Below are positions 1 through 9,100 of a stretch of 64,000 nt of DNA, piece by piece. Source of the DNA: Candidatus Latescibacterota bacterium. GTDB lineage: Bacteria > Latescibacterota > UBA2968. The notes under the pieces were generated by a model. That model made no database searches, was not told where the DNA came from, and was given only the letters and a program-made list of their open reading frames with translations. The stretch's first letter is position 1. Every line of letters starts with the position of its first letter. The DNA is taken from assembly GCA_965208125.1 (NCBI GenBank), contig OZ242320.1:4992001-5056000 (forward strand), read 5' to 3'. A program made the position numbers and the translations under genes.

Positions 1-1987
1 ATCGCTAAATGCAGGCGAATATCGCGTTTATCGCGCGACCATTCACGATGTCGAATGCGCCCTTTACGCCCATCCATCGCATCTGCGTCCGGTCCGATTT
101 TTTGAAGGTGCCGAAGAAGATATTTTGCGCGCGCTTGGGCAAATTATGGACGCAATGGAGCAGGAATCGGGCATGAAATATCCCTATCCCGGTCTTTCTT
201 TGGTGGAAATCCCCTTTCATGTTCAATGGTATTACGAAGGCTGGGAAGAAAAGGGCGGTTTGACACAACCCGGCGTGTTGATGATTGAAGAAGATGTGTT
301 CATGAGGCAGCAATTTACCCGAGATTTTAAGCGTTCTCAAGAGCGCTCACGCGGCAATCGAGAACCCAAAGACATTAAAAAGGATCTTTTGGTACGCGCG
401 GTTTTTTCGACCTTTTTTTCCAGAGAAGGAAATTCGGGCAGACAGGGACAGCCTGGCGGGTTATTTCGCAGCCCTGTTGTTCAACTCTGGGCTTATGACA
501 AGCAGTTTGTGGGCGAACATCATTCCCTTCTCAAAAAGGGCATGCCCCTGTATCTCCAGAATGATTTGAGCACCGATATGACCTCTGCTTTTTATTCCAG
601 CCAACGACGCGGTGGTGGTGGCGATAGGGGGCGTGGCGGTCGCGATGGTCCCGGTGGTCGCGGTGGTCCCGGTGGTCCCGGTGGTCGCTTCGGATCGGGC
701 GGGGGATCGGGTGCTGCCTGGGACACGTTGATTGCGAAAATGCAACGCAAGTCATTTGCCGATTTGAATCCCGAAAAGCAAGCCGGCCTCTATCGCCAGG
801 TTCTCGACGCCAAGGGCCCCGCACTTTTTCAAATGATGGAATCTTTTTTGGGTGAGGAAACATTTCGCACGGTCTTAGACGACATAGACCACAATCACAA
901 ATACGAGGATATCGATTTTTCGACCTTTGAACGCGCTGCTGTGGGCGATACCACAGAAAGTGAAGAGAGCCAAAAATTGCAACGCCTCGTCAACGACTGG
1001 ATTTTTAGTACAGAAATCCCGGGCTATACCCTCACAAGGGTAAAAGCTCTGAAGATGGATGACGGTTTTGGGATGGTGGTCTATCAATTGATTCTGAGAA
1101 TTAAGAATAGCGAACCGGGCAGGGGATATGTGCAAATTACGGCTACGGGGCGGGGCGATGAGGCCGTAAAGGGCGTCGAGATTGAAGGTGGGCAGGAAAT
1201 TGAAGTTTCGATGGTTTTGTGGGAGCAGCCCTTCAGGGTGATGGTCGAACCCTTTTTTGCGCGCAATCGGCGCCCTCTGATGTCCCCCGTGCGCGTTCCC
1301 GAAGATGTCACAGAGGGTTTTCCGGTCGCTTATGTCAAAGACGTGACGGGCGAAGAGTCTGGTCCTCTTGAAATTATTGTAGATAATGATGACGATGGAT
1401 TTTCAATGCCCGTGCGGCGTGCAACGCGCTACTTCCGTCCGGGACTCAAAGGCGGCAACTGGCGCGAACAGGGCCTGCCAATGGCTTTCGGACGATTTGA
1501 GACAAATTATCGAAGAAAGTCTCAAGGGGATGGTGCACAGCCTGCGGTTTGGGCAGCGCAAATGCCCAGAGACGGCGAGTTTGATGTAAGTTTCTATTTT
1601 GTCGATCCCGCAATGGCCAGGCGCATTCGAATTGCATCGACCTTTACACTCACTATTTTGTATGGGGGCAAAGCCGATACGCTCGAAATAGAACGCGACC
1701 AGATGAAAGCGGGATGGAATTATCTGGGTCGATACAAATTTGCCGAGGGCGAAGAAGCCGCAGTCGAATTGTCTGACCGCGCAGAAGGGCGAGGGGGGCT
1801 CTATGCCGATGCCGTGCGATGGCGTTTTTTTGATCCGGAAAACCCCGATGCCTACGAAGACGAAATGCCCACCTTTATGTTTCGCGGTCGAGGTGGACCA
1901 GGTGGTGGGCCTGGGGGGCGCGGCGGCGGGGATGGTAGGCGAGGTCCCGGTGGTAACAGGGGTGGCGGCGGGTTGTTGGGATTTTAA
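1..1987 (+). CDS. 5'-truncated export-associated protein: M1-aminopeptidase-like domain plus C-terminal golvesin/xanthan-lyase CBD-like domain, with Gly/Arg-rich tracts
   Basis: The frame is open from position 2, so the true start lies outside the window. 'YPYPGLSLVEIP' and 'KGPALFQMMESFLGEETF' resemble the M1 fold. 'IIVDNDD...AVW...G.FDV..Y...GWNYLG.Y.F...V.LSD....ADAVRW' is the golvesin-C/CBD-like pattern. Confidence 0.6.
   Translation, partial: SLNAGEYRVYRATIHDVECALYAHPSHLRPVRFFEGAEEDILRALGQIMDAMEQESGMKYPYPGLSLVEIPFHVQWYYEGWEEKGGLTQPGVLMIEEDVFMRQQFTRDFKRSQERSRGNREPKDIKKDLLVRAVFSTFFSREGNSGRQGQPGGLFRSPVVQLWAYDKQFVGEHHSLLKKGMPLYLQNDLSTDMTSAFYSSQRRGGGGDRGRGGRDGPGGRGGPGGPGGRFGSGGGSGAAWDTLIAKMQRKSFADLNPEKQAGLYRQVLDAKGPALFQMMESFLGEETFRTVLDDIDHNHKYEDIDFSTFERAAVGDTTESEESQKLQRLVNDWIFSTEIPGYTLTRVKALKMDDGFGMVVYQLILRIKNSEPGRGYVQITATGRGDEAVKGVEIEGGQEIEVSMVLWEQPFRVMVEPFFARNRRPLMSPVRVPEDVTEGFPVAYVKDVTGEESGPLEIIVDNDDDGFSMPVRRATRYFRPGLKGGNWREQGLPMAFGRFETNYRRKSQGDGAQPAVWAAQMPRDGEFDVSFYFVDPAMARRIRIASTFTLTILYGGKADTLEIERDQMKAGWNYLGRYKFAEGEEAAVELSDRAEGRGGLYADAVRWRFFDPENPDAYEDEMPTFMFRGRGGPGGGPGGRGGGDGRRGPGGNRGGGGLLGF
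604..715 (+). repeat. Gly/Arg-rich low-complexity coding repeat (ggtggtccc/ggtggtcgc units)
   Basis: Tandem 9-bp units encode RRGGGGDRGRGGRDGPGGRGGPGGPGGRFGSGGGSG. Similar tracts occur at about 1884-1980 and 8050-8105. Confidence 0.85.
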
Positions 1988-1998
1988 TTTAAGGGAGG

Positions 1999-3072
1999 AT
2001 GGACGTGAAGTTTGATTTTTGCCCAAAATTATTGTTGATAATTACCCTTTGGGGGATAGTCGCCTGTGATCAACAGGCGGAACAGCGTACAGTTGATCTA
2101 ACTGTCCCCGTCACTGTTCAGTCCGTAGAGACGGGGACAATCGAATCGATTGTGACAGCTACCGGAACCCTCAGACCTGTGCGAGAAGCCCAGATCACAA
2201 CGGAGATTCGGGGGAGTCTGTACTGGAGCAAGGGGAGTAATAACCGCTTGCTCGCCAAAGGATCAGAGGTTAGAAGGGGGCAGACCATAGCCAGGCTCGA
2301 CAGCGATGAATGGGTTGTTGGCGCGCGGGTGGAAGCGCGTAAACTGGCGGTTGAAACAGCCAAGCGAACACTAAAGGAGCAGGAAACCCTGTTTAGCCGA
2401 CAACTGGCGACGGAAATGGACGTCGAAAGTGCGCGTAGAGCTTGGGCCGATGCAGAAGCCAATTATCAGGATGCCCTCATCAAGATCGATAAAACCAGGC
2501 TTTTAGCTCCCATACAGGGTGTGTTGTCGGAACTCGCGGATATTACGCAGGGAACGCTGGTGACGCCGAATACCGCAATTGCAAAAATTATGGATTATTC
2601 ACAGGTATTTGTGGATCTGAAAATTCCCAATGCCCAGATTATTAACGTGAAATTGGGTCAGGGCATCCGCGTGAGCAATTACGCTTTGCCCGAAGAAGTT
2701 TTTGAGGGCGAGATTGTTGAAATGGATCCGGCTATTGATCCGGTCACGCGCACGGTTCAGGTCGTCGGAATGGTCGATAATCCCGACTTGCTGTTGCGAG
2801 CGGGGATGTTTGTCAAAACAGAAATAGTCACGGAATCGCGGCAAAACGTCGTACTTATTGCGCGCAATCTCGTTTTGCGGCGGCGAAATCAGAAGGTCGT
2901 TTTCGTCGAAGAAGAAGGCCGCGCACAACAACGCGAAGTCGAAACAGGTCTGGAAGACCGAGACCGCGTGGAAATTGTAGTTGGCCTTGAACCGGGAGAC
3001 CAGTTGATCACGAGCAATTACGAAACGCTGAGGCCGCGCACCCGGGTGCGGGTCACGGGAGATAGACGATGA
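1999..3072 (+). CDS. RND efflux periplasmic adaptor (membrane fusion protein), probable lipoprotein
   Basis: Lipobox-like IVAC; 'ATGTLRP..EA.I..E..G'; 'APIQG', 'IDP.TRTV.V', 'L..GMFV', 'V.TG...VEI..GL.PGD'. RBS GGGAGG upstream. Confidence 0.92.
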   Translation: MDVKFDFCPKLLLIITLWGIVACDQQAEQRTVDLTVPVTVQSVETGTIESIVTATGTLRPVREAQITTEIRGSLYWSKGSNNRLLAKGSEVRRGQTIARLDSDEWVVGARVEARKLAVETAKRTLKEQETLFSRQLATEMDVESARRAWADAEANYQDALIKIDKTRLLAPIQGVLSELADITQGTLVTPNTAIAKIMDYSQVFVDLKIPNAQIINVKLGQGIRVSNYALPEEVFEGEIVEMDPAIDPVTRTVQVVGMVDNPDLLLRAGMFVKTEIVTESRQNVVLIARNLVLRRRNQKVVFVEEEGRAQQREVETGLEDRDRVEIVVGLEPGDQLITSNYETLRPRTRVRVTGDRR

Positions 3073-6000
3073 ATTTGCCGGAATTTTCAACGCGATATCC
3101 CGTGACGATTGCCATGGCGACTCTCGCGGTAGTGTTGCTTGGATGGATATCGTTAGATGGGTTGGGTACCGATCTCTTGCCCGATTTGCAGACGCCAGTC
3201 GTCACCATAGACCTGACAGCACCGGGCAAATCGCCTGTCGAGATCGAAGAAAGCTATACGCGCCGCCTCGAACGCGATGTGAGCACGATTAACGGCGTCA
3301 AGCGCGTCTATTCGATTACCCGTTCAGGACAGGCCGTGGTCATTGCAGAATTTGCCTGGGATGCGGACATAGATTACGGGTTGCTCGACGTGCAAAAAAG
3401 AGTGGGGCGCTATGCGGTCAATGAAGATGTATCACAGTTGGATGTGACGCGGGAAGATCCGCTCGCGCTTGCGGTGATGCGCATTGCGATTACAGCAGAC
3501 GAAAACACGGAACTCGACGCATTGATGGGTACGGTAGAATTGTTGATCAAACCCAAATTGGAAGCCCTTGACGGCGTGGCGTCTGCCGAGGTGGAAGGGG
3601 GAACGGAAAAGGAAGTGCGCGTTACACTCGATCCTTATTTGCTCGAAGCGTTTGGGCTTTCATCCGATGCGGTCATCAATCGCATCGCACAGGCAAATGC
3701 CGATGTATCCGGAGGTACGCTCAGAGAAAATCAGCAGTCATATCTGGTCAAAGCCCTCGGTCGCTTAGATGACATAAACGATGTGCGGGAAGTCATCGTG
3801 GGAGAAAGGCGCGGGGGAGGGGGTGTGGCTTCTGGAGACCGGGTTCCGGTACGCGTGCGCAACGTGGGCACAGTAGATCTGGAATATCAAGAGCGAGAAA
3901 CCATCGTGCGCCTCGACGGACGGGAATGCGTTGGCCTCGCCATTTACAAAGAAGCTGGCAGCAATACGGTCGCCGTGGTCAATACGGTATTGGATGCGAT
4001 AGACGATATCGAAGCAGACCTGAGCGGCATGCACTTCACAACCGTCGAAAACCAGGCGAGATTTGTCGAAGACGCCATAGGCGAAGTCGAAACATCTGCC
4101 ATTCACGGGGCGATTTTGGCAATTTTCGTGCTTTTGATCGCGTTGCGGAGTTGGACGGTGACGCTGGTGATCGGGTTGGCGATTCCCATTTCCGTATTGG
4201 CGACATTCACGCTTATGTACTTTGAGGGATTGACCCTGAATATTATGACGCTGGGCGGGTTGGCTCTGGGCGCAGGCATGCTTGTTGACAATGCCATTGT
4301 GGTCATAGAGAATATATACCGGCATCTGGAAAGCGGCGAGGATGCGCGCACAGCATCGAGCCGCGGCGCCTCCGAAGTCGGCGTGGCAATTCTGGCTTCA
4401 ACGCTGACGACCGTGGCTGTCTTCTTGCCCATTGTCTATTTGCAGGGGCTGGCGGGCAAACTCTTTGTGGATCAAGCCTGGACCGTTGCATTTTCGCTGC
4501 TGTCTTCTCTGGTTGTGGCAATGACGACAATTCCAATGCTAACATCGCGCATTTTTAGACGGATGAATACGACGCACAAAACGACTGTTCGGTCGGACAA
4601 ATACTATCGGTTTCTCAATGGTATTTTGAACCGCAAACCCATCATGCTCGGTGTCGTGTTGCTCATTCTGGGCGGCACTGGATATATCGCCCGCGAGTTG
4701 CAGACTGAATTTATCCCACGCGAAGATCAGGGGCTGTTTCAAATTGACCTCACATTGTCCGAAGGCTCGCGTGTGGAACTGAGCGATCAGGTCGCCCTGC
4801 ACGTCAAAGAGATTGTCGAAAGCGTTGGCGGGAGCGATGTGGCGCATGTGTACGCGCTGACCGGCCTTAACCCCGCTCGGATATCGACCGGAGGCGAACC
4901 GACGGGTCCCAATCGCGCGACCCTATCGGTGGCGTTGCACACACAGCGATCGCGCAGCGTCAGCGAATTGGTGCGCGACCTGGATCCCATTTTGAGTGCC
5001 ATGCCCGATATCGAAGTGAAATACAAGCTGCATGAAACCGCGCTTGAAGGCGTGATGGGAGGACAAGAAGCGCCCATTCAGGTCGAAGTGTCCGGGGAAA
5101 ATCTCGATATTTTGGCGCGTATCACCAAAGAACTTCAGGCGAGGATCGAGGACTTGCCCTCGGTGTATAATGTGCGCACGAGTTTTCAGGGTGGGCAGCC
5201 AGAAGTCGATCTGGCGATTCGCGATGAGGTAGCGGCGGCATTCGGATTGACCACCCAGACCATCAGCCGCACATTGGAAAGACAACTATCGGGTGAAGTT
5301 GCCGGCGAACTGTCAAAAGACCAGCGCACGAGGGATATCCGGGTAAAATATCGAGATGTCGATCTGCGCGAACTCCACACCATGCAAATCGAGGGATCAG
5401 ACGGCGCGATCCTGACATTGGGGGATATTGCTGAACTCAATATTATTGAAGGTCCCCGCGAAATTTTGAGAGAAGATCAGCGTCGCGTGGGGCGCATTAC
5501 GGGGTATCTCACGGAAGGGCGCATTTTAAGTGAAGCCGTTGCCGACGTACGCGCTACCATGCAGGAAATGGTTGTGCCGTCGGGATATCGCATTGAAATT
5601 GGCGGAGAAGAGCGCGAGCGCGCAGCGTCATTTGAAAGTCTCAAATTCGCACTCCTGCTTTCGATTGTGCTGGTCTATATGGTTATGGCATCGCTATTTG
5701 AATCCACACTCCATCCGTTCACAGTAATGTTTTCCGTTCCATTAGCCGGCGTCGGCGTGATATTTGGATTCTATCTTTTGGGCGAACCCCTCAGTGTGAT
5801 GGCCTATATTGGCATTATTATGCTGGGCGGTATTGCGGTCAACGATGCGATTATTCTCGTAGATCGCATCAACCAGCTCAGGCTGGCTGGCCTGACGTTG
5901 CGAGAAGCGATTCTACAGGGCGGCCAGGACCGCTTGCGCCCCATTATGATGACGAGTGCGACGACTATTCTCGCCCTGCTGCCCATGGCACTCGGCTTTG

Positions 6001-6134
6001 GCGAGGGGGCAAAATTGCGCGCGCCTATGGCTATTGCCGTCATTGCTGGCCTGGTGACATCGACATTGATGACTTTACTTGTGATACCCACCATGTATGA
6101 ACTGATAGATCGCCTTCGGGGGAAATCCGCGTGA
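3069..6134 (+). CDS. RND efflux permease subunit (AcrB/MdtB-like)
   Basis: 1021 aa. TM4 'GMLVDNAIVVIENI', TM10 'GIAVNDAIILVD', TM11 'RLRPIMMT'. ATGA overlap with the MFP gene. Confidence 0.95.
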   Translation: MNLPEFSTRYPVTIAMATLAVVLLGWISLDGLGTDLLPDLQTPVVTIDLTAPGKSPVEIEESYTRRLERDVSTINGVKRVYSITRSGQAVVIAEFAWDADIDYGLLDVQKRVGRYAVNEDVSQLDVTREDPLALAVMRIAITADENTELDALMGTVELLIKPKLEALDGVASAEVEGGTEKEVRVTLDPYLLEAFGLSSDAVINRIAQANADVSGGTLRENQQSYLVKALGRLDDINDVREVIVGERRGGGGVASGDRVPVRVRNVGTVDLEYQERETIVRLDGRECVGLAIYKEAGSNTVAVVNTVLDAIDDIEADLSGMHFTTVENQARFVEDAIGEVETSAIHGAILAIFVLLIALRSWTVTLVIGLAIPISVLATFTLMYFEGLTLNIMTLGGLALGAGMLVDNAIVVIENIYRHLESGEDARTASSRGASEVGVAILASTLTTVAVFLPIVYLQGLAGKLFVDQAWTVAFSLLSSLVVAMTTIPMLTSRIFRRMNTTHKTTVRSDKYYRFLNGILNRKPIMLGVVLLILGGTGYIARELQTEFIPREDQGLFQIDLTLSEGSRVELSDQVALHVKEIVESVGGSDVAHVYALTGLNPARISTGGEPTGPNRATLSVALHTQRSRSVSELVRDLDPILSAMPDIEVKYKLHETALEGVMGGQEAPIQVEVSGENLDILARITKELQARIEDLPSVYNVRTSFQGGQPEVDLAIRDEVAAAFGLTTQTISRTLERQLSGEVAGELSKDQRTRDIRVKYRDVDLRELHTMQIEGSDGAILTLGDIAELNIIEGPREILREDQRRVGRITGYLTEGRILSEAVADVRATMQEMVVPSGYRIEIGGEERERAASFESLKFALLLSIVLVYMVMASLFESTLHPFTVMFSVPLAGVGVIFGFYLLGEPLSVMAYIGIIMLGGIAVNDAIILVDRINQLRLAGLTLREAILQGGQDRLRPIMMTSATTILALLPMALGFGEGAKLRAPMAIAVIAGLVTSTLMTLLVIPTMYELIDRLRGKSA

Positions 6135-9100
6135 CACTTGCTGGTATTGCCGTTCGGCGGCCCGTGACTACGGCCATGTTTTTTATAGGTCTGGCTATTT
6201 TAGGTGCAATTTCACTGGATCGGTTGCCCGTTCAGATATTTCCCGAACTCGTTCGCCCAGAAGTCTTTGTCGCGCTTACTCAGCAGGGCTACTCGCCCGA
6301 ACAAGTCGAGCGGAATCTGGTGATGCCCGTCGAGAGAGAGGTCGGCAAGCTCGAAGGTATTGAGGCATACGAATCCTTTTCGCGCCAGAACAGTGGCGGG
6401 GTACGCATTTCTTACGCGCCCAATACAGATATGAAATTTGCCCTGCTGCAACTCGAGAGCCGCATCACGCGCCTGCAACCGCTTTTGCCCGAAAGAACGC
6501 GGGTCAATGTACAGCGCTTTGATGCCTCTGATCTGAGTTCCTCAGTGATGCAAATCCACGTGTTGGGCGAAGGCGATATAAACTGGTTGCGCGAATTTGC
6601 CGAGGAGAAAATTAGACCGGAATTGGAAGCGGTCGATGGCGTTGTCAACGCGCAGGTCCTGGGCGGGCAAAGGACAGCTATTGAAATTATTGTCGATCCA
6701 TTGATGTTGCAAGCGCACCAGCTTTCGATGTCCGATGTTCGCAATCGCATCAATGCGTTTAATACGCGGCGGCAATATCTCGGACGTGTGTATGACGGCG
6801 ACCAGGCTTATGCGGTCAGTATTCAGGGCCAATTTACAGACCTCGTGCAAATCCGCAGAGTTGTCATTAAACCCGAATTGCCCCTGCACCTTGGCGACAT
6901 TGCCAAAATTCGCTACGGCCTTCAGGAGCGTACAGACCTGCAACGCATCAATGGCAAAGCCGCCGTCGGCATTCGCATTCAAAAAGACGATGAAGCCAAT
7001 CTGATCGAACTTGCAGGAGAACTCGAAGACACCATCGAACGAATAAATGGCGATCTCGCCTATGAAAATATCCAGCTCGTGATCAGCCAGAATCTGGCAG
7101 AAATTATGAACGAAGCCCTCAATTTCCTCAAACGGGCCGCTGTTGTCGGGGGATTGCTCGGGCTTTTTGTTTTGTTCTTATTTTTGAGAAATCTGCGCTT
7201 TGTCGCTGTTTTGCTCCTCGCCATTCCGTGTTCTTTACTGCTCACATTTAATCTGATGTATATGTGGGATCTCAGTTTGAACGTGCTCTCGATGTGCGGC
7301 CTCGCGCTTGCAGTTGGCATGTTGATGGACAATGGCATTGTGGTCATGGAAAATATTTTTAAGCATTTTGAACAGGGCAAATCCCCCAAAGAAGCCGCAA
7401 AAGCCGGAACCGATGAGGTCGCACGCGCCGTTGTTGCGGCAACCGCGACTACGATTACTATTTTTATACCCGTAGTTTTTATTCAAAGCGACTTCCAGGA
7501 TATCTTGAGAGAATTCGCGCTGTCCATCGCCTTTCCTCTGCTTGCCTCTCTGCTCGTAGCCCTCACACTCGTGCCCGCTCTGGCATCAAAAACCCTCTCC
7601 CTCGCATCGCGACCACCAACGGGAACAGGCGTATTGATCGAGATGTACACGGTGTGCCTCAAAGCGGGCTTGCGGCACAGAATTAGCGTGTCACTGGGTA
7701 TTGTCGGCGCGCTTGTCATCACGCTGATCATTTCTTTTTTCTTTATGCTGCAACAGGATATTCGCCGCGAGGAAAGCCGTTTTACCGTCTATATCAGCAT
7801 GCCCGAAGGCACGACCATAGAAGCCCTCGATGCTGTTGTTGGCGAAATTGAAAGTGCTGTGCGAGATCTCAAAGGTGTGGATCGCTTTACGACCAGTATC
7901 AGCGAAACCCAGGCGAGTATCAATGTGGAGCTTTTGCCCTTATCCGAACGTCCCGACCTGATTTCTGTCGATCTCATCAAAGAGAATCTCGAAGAGTCGT
8001 TCGAAGATGTCCAAAACGCGGTTGTGAGTTATGAGGCCATCGCACGCACAGGCAGAGGAGGTGGTGGTGGTCGAGGTGGTGGGGGAGGTGGAGGTATTCG
8101 GGGCACCCGTCAAGCTACTGGTGGATTCAACCTGGAAGGGGGCGCGCCTTCGGAAATGGCTGTGATTCGCGGCTATGATTTTACAGTGCTTCAAATGCTT
8201 GCCGACGATCTCGTCTATCGCCTCGAAGAACTGGAGGAAATCGATCCCAATAGCGTAAGAGCCGATGCAGAACGCGGCGCATCTGAAGTGCATGTTTTGC
8301 CCGATGAAGAAGTGATGTTTGATCGGCGATTGCAGGTGCGCCAGGTGCTCAATGCCGTATCCGACGCCAATCCGCGGGGTGCGCGATCCAATATTTCATT
8401 TCTCACACCCGAAGGCACTGAAATCCCGATTGATGTTCGCAATGTCGAAGACCCCGAAGAAGAGGGAGAAGGGATTGCGGGATTGAGACAAACACCGATA
8501 CTGGGTTCAGGGGGGACGTACATTCCCCTTGTAGAAGTTTCGCATGTGCGCCGGGATCAGGGCAGGAGCATGATTTTGCGCACGGATCAATCGCGGCGCG
8601 TAATCGTATCCTATAATTTCGCCGAAGAAATTTTGCAATCTCAGCCTCTGCTGGAAGCCTCTCGCGCTTATGTGCAAGATGTGGTTTCCGAAATGGTGCT
8701 GCCCGAAGGGTATAGCATCGAAATGATCGAGGCAGAGGAAGAGACGATTTATTACTGGATGATGGGCATTGCCGCGGTGTTGATTTATATGATTTTGGCC
8801 TCTTTGTTTGAATCGCTTTCCGCGCCTTTGATTATTTTGTGTACGTGGCCCGCAGCAATTATTGGATCGTGCTGGGCACTGATCTTATCGGGGACGGGAT
8901 TGACCTCGCAAGAAGCGCCAATGGCACTGTTGGGGCTTATTGTTTTGAGCGGTATTGCCGTCAACAACGGGATCGTGCTGATCGATGCGATTGAAACCCT
9001 TCGCCGCCGCGGGTTCAGGCGAGAACGCGCGGTACTCACGGCGAGCCGGTCGCGCGTGCGTCCTGTTTTAATGACTTCGGCAACCACCATTTTGGGCATG

